Below, piece after piece: positions 47,883 to 59,325 of a DNA stretch of 64,000 nucleotides. Below the pieces are notes generated by a model. That model was not told the DNA's origin, did not search any database, and saw nothing but the letters and a program-made list of their open reading frames with translations. The DNA is from a virus: positions 1 through 64,000 of the IMG/VR virus record IMGVR_UViG_3300049043_000244. One strand, 5' to 3'. Numbering within the stretch: position 1 is the stretch's first letter; the number at the start of each line of letters is the position of its first letter. A program made the position numbers and the translations under genes.

Positions 47883-49422
47883 TTATTTACTAAGTAATTG
47901 ATGAGTTTTTTCAAACCAAAGATAATCTCAGATGTGAATTATTTAGAGTGTTAAGTGCATCCTACCGGAGTTTCCACTAGAGGTTGGTCTACTGACAAAT
48001 TAAAACTGGTGTTTAAAAGTATTCCATACCCAGACAATTTTTTAAACTTCAGACAAAGCTCATGTAAATAACCATCTATTTTCGATATCGTTTGAATTCT
48101 ACATGTATTGTCGATGTGAGTTATTCCAGGTAACATTTTAACATACTTTTCTGTTACTGGGAAACATATTGTCATATGTGGACTCGATTCAATTCTACCC
48201 ATATCAAAGTAAATATTAGCATCCTCTTCCAATACTACACAAGCAAAAGGTCTATACCATTCCCTTTTTTAATTTGATTTACAATTTCTTTTGCATCTTG
48301 GATTTAGTGCATTAAAAAGGATGGAACGATTTCCAAGTGCTTCTTTGACCAGCTTCTGCAAGACCACTATAAACTGCAACCGACTTATTTTGATTTAATA
48401 ACTTGGCAACATCTTGCACAGATAACATAATTCCTTTATACGAAGAAACGTCGTAATTGAATCCATGAAAGAAAGTTGTTTCAATCGAATTGGGAGATTT
48501 TCCAGTCAATTCAATATAAGAATTAATTGCAGCACCTATACTTACTCCATTATCATTACATAGTGGTTCAAAATAAAACTCTATATCAGGAAATCTTTGC
48601 AAGTAATAGTAATTTGCAACGATATTCATACCGTAACCACCAGAGATACATACTTTTTTAATTCCTGTTTTTTCTATCGAGTCTTGTATTAAATCGCCAA
48701 TTGATTTTTGTGTTTGTTGTTGGACTTCATAACAAAAGTCGGCATATAGTTGATAATTATCAACTTTTACCTTTTCAATGGGTTTTATATTTGGATTTTG
48801 TTTGTAAAAGTAAATTTTGAAACAATTCATTTGAAGATCCATAAGATGATAGTCCCATTGCTTTTCCACAATCATCTGGGGTGTTTCCAATTAATACTCA
48901 AAGCCATATCATACAATCCACCCACCCCAACTTTACCCAAGGAAAATCAAAAGATGAAAATGATTCTACAGCGTTTTTATAAATCAATGTATTTTTTTGA
49001 CGATTAAATACAAAAACACTCTCCACTTCCACCAAGTTATCTTTTATTTCCGATCCAGACCCATCAGCTACGATGACCAAACTCTCATCAAATTTACTAT
49101 TGCAAAAAGCGAGAGAAGCATGATTTAAATGATGATCTTGTTGTAATACTAACTTTACATTTGAATTATATTTTTTACATTCTTCAAAAATTGTCGTTAT
49201 AAACTTATCTCCCTGGGGAGGGTTAAAATTAGATACACAAATTATATCAAGAGATTCTTCTAACTCACTACAAATTTGTTTTATTAGATGTAAAATTGAA
49301 TTTTTGTCGTAATCATGCTTTTTTCTAGTAAATCTTTCAATTAAAAAATATTTTTTTACACTACCATTCTCCAGAACACATATCGAAGAATTATGCCCCA
49401 GATGAACACTTAATATTACCAT
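47883..49422 (-). CDS. Carbamoyltransferase (NodU/CmcH family), frameshifted
   Basis: GHNSS...ERFTRKKHD; HHLNHA; VADGSG; SGGYGMNIVAN; NDNGVSIGAA; EAGQRALGNRS; REWYRPFA; THIDNTCRIQT; LLNTSFN. Confidence 0.9.
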
Positions 49423-50277
49423 TTTTCCAAAAATTCTTTTATATCCTTGAGAGGCATTTTCATAATCATTTCTTTATCATTTGGTTTATCATAAGTGAAG
49501 AAATCTTCCAATAAAAATTTATAATGATGATTTTTCCACCACTCTTCTATTAGTCTACTACAAATTACATCCATAGGATACATTTTATTATTGTTGATAA
49601 GATTGTCTCCGTTTAGACTCGTATTAAGACTGAAAAGAGGTATTGAATACGTAATTCCAATATCAAATAAATTTGCATCATGCAGCTATTTCTACTTTAC
49701 TGTGTTTCATATGATATGAATTATCCCTAAAAGTTAATCTATATTTACCATCACGATACAATAAGTCTTTCAGTTTTTTGGCATATGAACGATTGATTAA
49801 GTATGCAGCTCCAGATCCAGACAATTTTCTTCGTTTATGTAAAAACATGGGAATAGATAATCCATCTTCAGAATATGCACTACAAAAATAAAGTTGAATA
49901 CATTCCCAATTTTCTGGTAAGTTATTCTCAAAATAAGTCCAATCAAAATTCCAATACTTTATATCTAACTAATGATAGATCATCTTCCATCATTAAACAT
50001 GTTTCAGATGGATGAGTATCGTACCAATTTATAATGGTTTCTATATTATTCAGTGCAACCGACATTACCGATAAGGATTCCAAAATTTCCTTTTCCACCA
50101 CTACATCTTTCCACTCATCGTACTTGGAAACATGATACTTAGAAGCATTAACTCTATGGTAATTTGTTATGCCCAATAATTAAATTGGGATTCCATCGAT
50201 CCTCTTCTATCAGTCCTATGTTCTAGATTGATATAATATATTGGAGGAAGACCTTTGAGTTTATTTTCTAAGTCCAT
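49416..50277 (-). CDS. GT25-like glycosyltransferase, paralogue 1
   Basis: KLKGLPPIYYINL..R.DRR; LMMEDD; WECIQL; AAYLINRSYAKKL. Confidence 0.7.
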
Positions 50278-51241
50278 TATTCTCTTTCAAGATCCAATGT
50301 AACACAGTGAAAACAACCACTTAAAGTTCTTGAATATCTCATAGGAAGCATTACACACTCTATTCCATGTTTTTCCAGTTCTTTTCGAGTAGGTTCTTGT
50401 CTTTCCTCTAAAGCAACTAAATTTGGATTCACACTAAAAAGATTCATGTTACACCATTCTGAGGCATGGTTGTAACCTGGAAAATAACCAATATCCACGG
50501 GTTCTGGACACCAAACCACATCCCAGTTCCTAAAAGGTTCTGGAAGAACATCAACAGACTTAATTCTTCCCGGATTTAACAACATTAAACCTTCACGAAG
50601 AAATGCAATCGTGGTATCAATGTGCATATAACTATAAACACCCTCAAGAAGATGTACTTTTGCACGATCTCCAAGCATTTCTTGCAGTAAATCGAACTCC
50701 TGCAATATTTCCACTATTCGATACAAGATACAAAATATCATCATTTGCACGAATGATATTGACTGCATCAAAAGCAGGAGTAATCTCAGGTCAATGCAAG
50801 AGTATCTTTGTCTCCTACACAATTCTCATTGTAAAGTTCTTCCTGATGTTTGCAAGGAACAATGATAGTAGTGTTTAAACGATCAATTAGAGGTTTCCAT
50901 GCATCTTTTCTGCACTCCAAAGGCATTGGAGTTGCAATAGTAAGATCCTTATGAGTAAAAATTACATCTCTGGGACAAAAATTGTAATAATCGGTAGGAG
51001 TTCTCTTTGGTCTTACAACTTCTACACCTTCACCCAACAGAAATTTAACAAAATTCTCTAAATCCTCGTTGGCTTCGTCTATAACCTGTTGGGGATACAA
51101 TCCTACGGGAACATCGGAAATATCACTTCTGTCTGCATAATTGATTGTACGAACACTCAGATCAACTTCAGGAACTCTTGCATAATCTGCAACACCTACG
51201 ATTACCTTTTTTAATTTATCCCACTCATTCTGACTTTTCAT
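50277..51241 (-). CDS. Amidinotransferase (glycine/inosamine-phosphate amidinotransferase family)
   Basis: NEWDKLKKVIVG; FCPRD; HIDTT; LSGCFHCVTLD (catalytic His and Cys). Confidence 0.9.
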
Positions 51242-51738
51242 TTCAAAACCCCAGTAACTTGAATCGCATATCGGTCTTTCATACTAAAGTTATAAAATGC
51301 ATGTATTTCGTCATACTTCCAATAAAAACAATCTCCACTCTCCAAGTACAGTGTGCAGTATCTTTAATTTGCAAAATTTGTCCCGGAGAACTATCCTCCA
51401 ACATAACCATACATCTCATCACTTTATCAGAATCTACATCATTTATTTCCACATACTTACCATATAAATCCGTGTGAAGAGGCAAATATTGACCAGGTTT
51501 AAAATAGTTTACTGCACACGCAACTTTATCCCAAAAATCAAAGTGAGGAATAATATGTTCATCCACACATTTGGGCATAGGGTTGGGTAACTGGTACTTA
51601 TAAATCGAGAGTTTTTCCTTATTATGACCTGAATTTAGATATTGATTCACCAACTCCTCATCTTTATGAGTTGCTAAAAATATAGTCAAGATCATAAAAA
51701 TCTACAATATTCCAATTAGGTTTGATATGACTAATCAT
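51238..51738 (-). CDS. 2OG-Fe(II) oxygenase-like protein
   Basis: PGQYLPLHTD...HAFYNFSMKDRYAIQVTG. Confidence 0.7.
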
Positions 51739-52322
51739 TTAAATACTGACATCTGTGTTAAATCGGGGTAATCCCTGTGGCTCCATTTTTACCAGGAGTT
51801 TTTTTCCGCTCATTTCAGTAATTCAATACCGGTTTTGGCCACCTCGGGAGTCATGTAATAATGATACCCCATAGTAGTTATGTCCTGTTCAGCCCATGGA
51901 CGACTGGGATCACGACCATCATATGACATTTTTTTAAGTGTATCATAATCCTCTTTATTTTGCAACAAGATCGCACCACCTCTTCCGAGATTCAAATGTT
52001 TCTTAAACTGAAAACTTAAACACATGAATGTTCCAGGAATATATGTGTTCTCACCCCAAAGAACGGCAGCATCAATGATATTTGTACCTCCCAAATAGTA
52101 GTAATCCGACCACTCTTCTTCTCTCCAACTCCATTCCAACTTAAGTTTCATACAAGTCATTGGAACTGAAACATAAGTCCTCTTAGGAATTGTAATATAA
52201 TCTTCGTGAGTGTATCTCAGACAAAGTTCAAGTGCATGAGTACACGAATCAGTAGCCATTGCATGTGGAGCTCCAAAAAACTCTGCAATTTGAGATTCAA
52301 ACTCAGTAACGTACTCAAACAT
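51735..52322 (-). CDS. Minimal DegT/DnrJ/EryC1/StrS PLP aminotransferase
   Basis: ATDSCTHALEL; IIDAA; CLSFQFKKHL..GRGGAIL; GYHYYMTPE. Confidence 0.85.
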
Positions 52323-53178
52323 CTTCAAATTCTCCTGGTAAAATTATTCTATCATTTGACTTGCCATAAGTAAAGAAGTCTTCCAAAGTATATTGGTCTC
52401 GGAGTTCTTTCCACCATTTTTTGCAGTTTATAAGAGAATGCTAGGTCTGTCCTCTCCTCTTTTCTACAAACATTTTGAGCCAACTACCAAGACTTGCATT
52501 TACAGAAAATAATGGTATACAATATGTTTTGCCATTATGTCCAAGAAAATAATCGGTGGTAAAATTTGGCATTCCCAACCCCTCATATTTACCAATTGCT
52601 TGACTAGACCATTTATAGTTACAAATTTTTTGAGAAAGGTCAAACTTACCATCTTTATAGTGAAGACTTATTATTTTTTCTGCATATCTTCTATTGATCA
52701 AAGAAGCACCAGTATCATGTCCATACATAATTGGATGCAAAAAACAGGGACAACATTCTTCATTCTCAAAAGTCATTTGAATACAGTCCCAATCGTATGG
52801 AATGTGATTCATTAGATATTCCCAATCAAAATGCCAATAATCAATAAAACTAAGATCGTAATCATCTTCCATGATGATAACATATGGATCATTGGTTGTT
52901 TCTAACCAATTTTTAATGTTAATTAGATGAGAAAGAGTGATAGAAATTTCAGCAATATGAAAGTTTCTTCTATGATAGTCTTCAAATGAATTTAAAATAA
53001 CCAGATCTTTCCACTCTTCATATGTTGAAAGTTGATACTTCGACCCCGATACTTTGGTGTAATTTTTAATTCCCCAATAATCGTATTGAATTTCAGTATA
53101 TTCTTGTTTATCAGGCCTCTCATCAATTGTTGCTAAAATGATAGGAGGAAGTCCCTTCAGTTTATCTCTCAAATTCAT
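52315..53178 (-). CDS. GT25-like glycosyltransferase, paralogue 2
   Basis: SHLINIKNW; IIMEDD; PYDWDCIQM; LINRRYAEKI. Confidence 0.75.
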
Positions 53179-53986
53179 GATGTACTTCTATAATTAATTC
53201 TTTTTGTTTTATTGAATTTAAATAAAAAATATCATCCAAAGTATAATTTTGACATTTATTTTTCCACCAATCAAAAACTAAAAGATCACAATTTTTAGCC
53301 ATGTGATTTATTTTTCCATTTCTAAATCCATCACTTATAAAATTATAATTAGTGGTAAAAATTGGAATTGAATATGTTATTCCTACTTGATATAAAACAA
53401 AATCTACAGACTGATAGTGATATTCTGGCCAATTTTCTGTATATCCATAATTAGAATACAATTTAAATTGATTATTTGTGTAATGAAGTTTGATTAATTT
53501 TTGTGCATAAGATCTGTTAATGAGTATACAACCCGTAGAATGGTTATTCCGAGTCCATTTAGACAAATTCATTTTAATAAATTGTTCTCCAATAATGTGG
53601 AGTTGTACGCACTCCCAATTACATGGCAAATGATCAATGAATGTTGGCCAATCAAAATTCCAATACTTAACAGTGTCTAAGGAAATATCATCTTCAACTA
53701 TTAGACAAGTTTCAGAGACATTAGAGTCATACCAATCAATTATACCATGAATTCTATCAACTAAGGTAGCGAGAAACCACACTTGAGTTCTAAGTTTGTC
53801 GATTAAAACTTCCGATTTCCAATCATCGTAGTTATCCACAGAATATCTAGAAGAATCAACTCTATGATAATTTGTTATACCATGATTCAAAAATTGTGTT
53901 TCAAGATATTCTCTACGATCTGTTCTATGATTTAGATTAAAATAATAGATTGGAGGAAGTCCATCTAATTTGGAATTAATTATCAT
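53162..53986 (-). CDS. GT25-like glycosyltransferase, paralogue 3
   Basis: YYFNLNHRTDRR; LIVEDD; WECVQL; LINRSYAQKLI. Confidence 0.75.
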   Translation of the reverse strand: MIINSKLDGLPPIYYFNLNHRTDRREYLETQFLNHGITNYHRVDSSRYSVDNYDDWKSEVLIDKLRTQVWFLATLVDRIHGIIDWYDSNVSETCLIVEDDISLDTVKYWNFDWPTFIDHLPCNWECVQLHIIGEQFIKMNLSKWTRNNHSTGCILINRSYAQKLIKLHYTNNQFKLYSNYGYTENWPEYHYQSVDFVLYQVGITYSIPIFTTNYNFISDGFRNGKINHMAKNCDLLVFDWWKNKCQNYTLDDIFYLNSIKQKELIIEVHHEFER

Positions 53987-54777
53987 TGGAAATTTACCCT
54001 TTCGACCATTTCATAATCATTTTTCTTTCCATAAGAAAAAAAGTCTTCTAAAGAAAAATTATCTCTTTTATTTTGCCACCAATCATAGTATATATCTCTA
54101 CAAATAAAATGATGTTCTTTTGGAACTTTGTCCAAATGTGGATTTTGAGTTATTAAAGGTAGTTGATATGTAACTCCCAAAAAACAAATAAAAGTGTCCA
54201 ATGAAACTACTCGATGTCCTTTGTTAAGTGGATATGCACCATACTTACGAACCAATAAGTATTTTTCTTTTATATAATGCAAATTAATTAACTTTTGAGC
54301 AAAATGTCTATTAATTAAAATTGGCCCATAAGCACTTGTTTTGTCTTTAGGATGAAGAAAAAACCGAATATATTTTGTAGATTCAAATCCCAATTGAATG
54401 CAATCCCAATCATAAGGAATGTTTTTGATTAAATATTCCCAATCAAAATGCCAATATTCGATTAGATCCAAATCGTAATCGTCTTCAAATAAAATTAAGT
54501 GTTTCTCATCAGTGGTTTCTAACCAATAACGAATCATTTCAAGAGTAGAGAGTGATCGAGCCGCAAGTCGATGACTCTCTTCAACAATTATTTGAGGGTA
54601 GTGCAATATTTCTTTCCAGTCGTCATAATTTTCTACCAAATAATTTGATCCAGAAAATCTTGTTACGTTGGTCAAATTCCATTTTTCAAATTGTTTCTCC
54701 ATGTATTTTCTTCTATCTACGTCAAAATCTAGATTCAGATAGTAGATACTTGGAATTCCTTTGAGTTTATTAGACAT
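53983..54777 (-). CDS. GT25-like glycosyltransferase, paralogue 4
   Basis: YYLNLDFDVDRR; ILFEDD; PYDWDCIQL; LINRHFAQKLI. Confidence 0.75.
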   Translation of the reverse strand: MSNKLKGIPSIYYLNLDFDVDRRKYMEKQFEKWNLTNVTRFSGSNYLVENYDDWKEILHYPQIIVEESHRLAARSLSTLEMIRYWLETTDEKHLILFEDDYDLDLIEYWHFDWEYLIKNIPYDWDCIQLGFESTKYIRFFLHPKDKTSAYGPILINRHFAQKLINLHYIKEKYLLVRKYGAYPLNKGHRVVSLDTFICFLGVTYQLPLITQNPHLDKVPKEHHFICRDIYYDWWQNKRDNFSLEDFFSYGKKNDYEMVERVNFQ

Positions 54778-55942
54778 ACCATGTAATAATTGAATATCGT
54801 GTCCCAGAGGTTACAGGCATGATTTCATGTGGATACATGAAGTTAGATGGAAACATGATAATAGATCCTTTCGATCCACTTATTATAATTTCTCGATCGA
54901 AAAATGCGAACTCACCGCCTTCGTAATCATCATTTAAAAGAAAAGAACAACTTACAGATCTTTGTTGATTTTTAAATGAATCGGTATGTTGTACATAAAA
55001 CTGGCCCTCTCTATATCTCAACAAACCATATCCAGTATCAATTTCTGAGCTGACATTGGGAAATAATTTTCGATATTCATTTATCGACTCTGAGGCACAA
55101 ACATAGAAATCTTCATCTATTTTTTTTCTAACATCAAAATTTTTTTCAAGAACCACACTTTCAGAGATGTTGATGGTATCACAATTTCTAATTTCATGGT
55201 TAAGATTTCCAGATCCTACCGTGGTTGGAGACCAAAAACTACAGTCTCGATACTCTTCAATAATTCTATTGCACAATTCCTCTGAAACAACATTATCTAA
55301 TGTAAAAATATAATCTTCTAAAGATTTTTTACTTCTTGGTGAAGTTGTTTTTGTTTCAGTAATGATCTGTTTAATATCAGTATTGTCAGTTATAGGTTTC
55401 TCCGTCTCATTTAGTTTATCAAAATATGTATAAGAACAATCTCCCCGACTTCTGACATAGTGTAAAAAGACCTGAGTATAATTTTTTCCCTGGTAGGGCC
55501 CTCTCCAATGAACTGCATTCCTACCCAAGTAAATCATGGCATCACCAGGATTCAATTTAACGCAACGTTTCTCTCCAGACGGAGTTTCTATCCATATAGG
55601 CCAACTAGAATCTCCATCTAGATGTAAAGTTACTGATATTTCACAAGCATCTCTATCGGTATGAGCCAATAGTTCACTTCCATTTTTATATACTCTGGAA
55701 TAAACATAAGTTGGTAAAACAGTTTCTTCGATTAAAGAAGAAATTTCTGGAGTTTTTTCACAAAGTAATTCCAAAAATGAAATATAATTATAAGTAGAAT
55801 AAGAATTTGGAGCCTGTGAATCTCCATCTACATTATTTTTTTCACAATGACTTAAAAACTCTGCGGAAAGATCTATGGATCTTTCTTTTGAAATAAAATT
55901 TGGCAGTATGATATAATTATTTTCAATTAATTGTTTGTTCAT
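54770..55942 (-). CDS. Two-domain 2OG-Fe(II) oxygenase (C-terminal prolyl 4-hydroxylase-like)
   Basis: Domain 1 HTDRDACEIS...HWR...QVFLHYV; domain 2 HTD...LNDDYEGGE...FPSNFMYPHEI.PVTSGTRYS. Confidence 0.9.
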   Translation of the reverse strand: MNKQLIENNYIILPNFISKERSIDLSAEFLSHCEKNNVDGDSQAPNSYSTYNYISFLELLCEKTPEISSLIEETVLPTYVYSRVYKNGSELLAHTDRDACEISVTLHLDGDSSWPIWIETPSGEKRCVKLNPGDAMIYLGRNAVHWRGPYQGKNYTQVFLHYVRSRGDCSYTYFDKLNETEKPITDNTDIKQIITETKTTSPRSKKSLEDYIFTLDNVVSEELCNRIIEEYRDCSFWSPTTVGSGNLNHEIRNCDTINISESVVLEKNFDVRKKIDEDFYVCASESINEYRKLFPNVSSEIDTGYGLLRYREGQFYVQHTDSFKNQQRSVSCSFLLNDDYEGGEFAFFDREIIISGSKGSIIMFPSNFMYPHEIMPVTSGTRYSIITWYV

Positions 55943-55966
55943 ATTATATAAATCAATAACTTATTA

Positions 55967-56489
55967 TTAAATTTCTCTTAAAAGTTCTTCAATATCATAG
56001 AATAAATCTTCATCTTCATCTTCTTCTTCCTTATTTTTGTTCTCTTCAGCATATGTTAAGGATTCGACTGGAGGAATATGTGTTGGCGTCGGAGGAATAT
56101 TAGGAGTTTCAATTTCTTCATTGAGCTGCAAGGTGATCAAGATATAATCCATAATCCTCTTCAATTTCATCAAAATAAACAAACTGGGATTTCAAACGTT
56201 CTTCCTCTTCTTTTTTGCGTTTTTTCTAGTTCTAGTTGTTGTTTCATAAAGCATCTTCCTCTTCTTTTTTTTCATTCCATAAATCGATAGCCTTTTCAAA
56301 GATGCCTAACTCACCAATTTTTAAATTTTCATAAGGGCCAACAAACTCTACTTCACCACTATCATCAATCCATTGAACTGCGTGAACTTTTTTTCCATCA
56401 ATATCAGGAACCCAATCGAGATCCATATGACTATAACCAACTCCCTCCATGTAAATGGTATTATCTGAGGGGATAATTGTCAACCTCAT
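55967..56489 (-). CDS. Tail-fibre-assembly-like protein
   Basis: MRLTIIPSD...VHAVQW...GEVEF; acidic tail. Confidence 0.5.
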
Positions 56490-56837
56490 GATTTATTCTC
56501 CCGAGTTTTCTGGTAATGTGTGCGTACTAGTTAAAGAAGTTACATTTACTGGTAAAAATGCCATTTTGTTGAATCATATCAATATATAGTTGTCTGTTTT
56601 CATTATTAGATTTTACCACTTCATTTCTAAAAGATTCAACAGCTGCACCAGTTTGTCTTTGTTGTTGAGAATTTTCAATCGTTAACATGGGCATCCAGGT
56701 CACAGCACATGACCAATGATCTACCTCTTGCCCAGTATTTGGATTCATTCCCCTCACATGCATGTACCAAGAACACTTATGTTCTACGCAATCTTTTCTA
56801 ATAAGGGGCAAAAATTACCAGATTCGTTTTTTTTCAT
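56490..56837 (-). CDS. Conserved Cys-containing phage protein
   Basis: FCPLIRKDCVEHKCSW...ENSQQQRQTGAAVESFRNE. Confidence 0.65.
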
Positions 56838-56870
56838 ATTAACAAAGTATTTTTCACATTATATCACAAA

Positions 56871-57388
56871 TTAATTAAAACTACAAACAATAACATCTAT
56901 GTATTGAACTCTTAAATCAACATTTGCAGAAAATGCGGACTGTTCCAGACCAAGGGTGACTATGCAGCTCACCGCCACCAGCAGGCTCCTGGTAGCCGGA
57001 AAACTTCTTGACGAACCTGGACCAGCCAACATCACCTCCGCCTGGAGACAGTCCGACAAATCCACCATTAGGATGACTATGACTGGTATTTGTGAAGTAG
57101 TTAGAGTAGTATTACCAACAGTTCCCGTCATTGGTACAGACGCTGCTGTTATTGTTCTAAATGAGTTTGGAAATACTGTAGTAAAAGAAGACGTGCCTCC
57201 AGATCCGCCGCCCGTTCCATTAACAACTCTAAGAGTCTTGTCATCATGCGTTGTAGATTTTGTCCATCCAGTAGGAGCAGCTTGCTTGAAAAAATATAGA
57301 CACCGAACTTTGTGGAACAATACCATACTTTGAATTTAAAACCGTTGAGTCACCAAAAGTCACTCCTGCTGATGTTAATTTCAGCCAT
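56871..57388 (-). CDS. Tail-collar/short fibre protein, paralogue 1
   Basis: FFQAAAPTGWTKSTTHDDKTLRVV.G.GG; TTLTTSQIP.H; VQYIDVIVCS. Confidence 0.75.
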
Positions 57389-57425
57389 TTTATATGATGT
57401 AAACTACAGATTTTATCTAAAGTAT

Positions 57426-57985
57426 TTATCCATCAAAAGTACAGACAATTACATCTACATATTGGACTGCAATATTGAGAGTTTGTGTTGGAACAGATCC
57501 AGAAACAGAAACCGGAATGTAAATGTGAACCATTAGATCCTTCAGATCCAGTTACGGGAGAATTTCTAGTCCACCCACCAGGTACGAACCACGTCTCCAC
57601 CATTCCATCCAGTAAATCCGCCATCAGGATTGAAATTGGCAGGAACTTCGTTCCATAAGCTACACCATTACTAGGATGAGTGTGACTAGGAAGTTGAGGA
57701 GTCGTTAATGTAGTTCCACCAGTAGCATCAGAAGAAGCTAATGTTCCATCAGCAACACTCAACGTGCTCATAGTAGTTGTAAAAGAATTTGTTCCAGGCA
57801 GATCCGCCACTGCTTCCTGATACCACTCTAAGTGCTTTATTATTTTGAGTTGTATTTTGAGTCCATCCAATGGGTGCTGAGGACTGATAAAAAATCCAAG
57901 CTGTACTTTGTGGAAAAATTCCTCTTCTTGAATTTAATTGAGTTAAATCACTAAACGTAATACCATTTGCAGTCAACTCAGCCAT
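57426..57985 (-). CDS. Tail-collar/short fibre protein, paralogue 2
   Basis: FYQSSAPIGWTQ...NKALRVVSG; TTLTTPQLPSHTH; VQYVDVIVC; TATAAATA late promoter at 58018-58025. Confidence 0.75.
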
Positions 57986-58051
57986 AGTTTATGGTGGGAT
58001 ATTACTTGCTTTTAGAATATTTATAAGTCAATATAATTAATCCTACAATGT

Positions 58052-58288
58052 TCAGCAAGAATATCTATACGAGCATTCCAGAGAGTTTTCAAGACGATAA
58101 AGTTCATTTGTAATAGAAATGTTTTCTTCTTCTAATCTTTTAATATCTAAAAGTGCCGCATAATATCTTTCTTGAAGATCTTTAACAACAATTTCTAATT
58201 GTGATAGACGATTATAAACATCATCCATCGGGATTTCTTCTTTAATTTTAATTCCCCATTTTTTATGGAACCAATACGGATCAATCAT
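58052..58288 (-). CDS. Coiled-coil protein, paralogue of 47512..47717
   Basis: LQERYYAALLDIKRLEEENISITNELYRL. Confidence 0.55.
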   Translation of the reverse strand: MIDPYWFHKKWGIKIKEEIPMDDVYNRLSQLEIVVKDLQERYYAALLDIKRLEEENISITNELYRLENSLECSYRYSC

Positions 58289-58294
58289 AATTTT

Positions 58295-59325
58295 TTAACT
58301 TAATATAAAATCCAATGATTATTTTTAAGAGACCACTCAACAACTTCTGCAATTCTCTCTCGTACAGATTTTGCAGGTTTCCAGTCCCATCTGTTTCATT
58401 TTATCACTATTCAAAGCATAACGCAAGTCATGCCCAGGCTCAGAGAATGAAAGTCAACCAATTCATATTTTAATTCTTTCTTTTGAACTTGAGCAATAAT
58501 TTGTGCAAGTTCAAGATTGTTTAATTCTTCTGCACCAATAATGTTAAATTTAGGGCACCTAATATCTCCATACGTTATTTTAAACTTGCCCGAGTAATTT
58601 AATAAAAATAAAACACTAGATGCAACATCTTCTGCATGAATGTAGTGTCTTGATCCAGGAATAGTTTTGGTTGCATCACTGTGAATCATAATAGATTCTC
58701 CATCCCGAATCTTCCGAATGCACATTGGGATATATTTTTCGGGATGTTGGCGTTCACCAAAGACATTCATCGTGTGAGTAATATAGATGGGAAGACCGTA
58801 GGTATTTTCGTAAGCAACCCGCAGTCTTCTCCACCAGCTTACTTGCACTATAAGGATTTGTTGAATTATATCGATCATTCTCTTTGTATTTGATTCCATG
58901 AGGAAGTGACAAACACTTCATCCGTACTGAAGTAAATAAATCTTTCTAAATTGTCTTTCTGGGTTCTTGCAAACTCAAGAATGTTACATGTTCCCACAAC
59001 ATTATCCATTACAAATTCCATAGGATACTTAATACTTCGATCCACATGAGAACCAGCCGCAAGATGAAGAATGTAATTAACTGTACCGATTTGACTACAA
59101 ACTAAAGAATTTAGTTCGGATTTAAGATCATGATAAACTATTTTTACACGTCTACGAACTTGTAAATCAAAAGACATCATTATCTCATCAAGACGATTTA
59201 AGTTACCACTATAATCAAGACGGTCAAGGGAAACGATGTCCCAATCAGTGTGAGTTAGGAGATAACTAATCAAATGATGTGCAATAAATCCTGCACCGCC
59301 AGGTAATAAGTACTTTTTTACTCAT
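58295..59325 (-). CDS. dTDP-glucose 4,6-dehydratase (RmlB-like), frameshifted
   Basis: KVLITGGAGFIAHH; LDRLDYSGN; HLAAGSHVDRSI; FSTDEVF; NVFGERQHPEK. Confidence 0.88.

Noticed and set aside
47883-55942. Saxitoxin or cylindrospermopsin-type toxin cluster
   Set aside because: Amidinotransferase, carbamoyltransferase and dioxygenase are shared enzyme classes, but there is no PKS/NRPS or SxtA-like gene and the cluster is dominated by glycosyltransferases.
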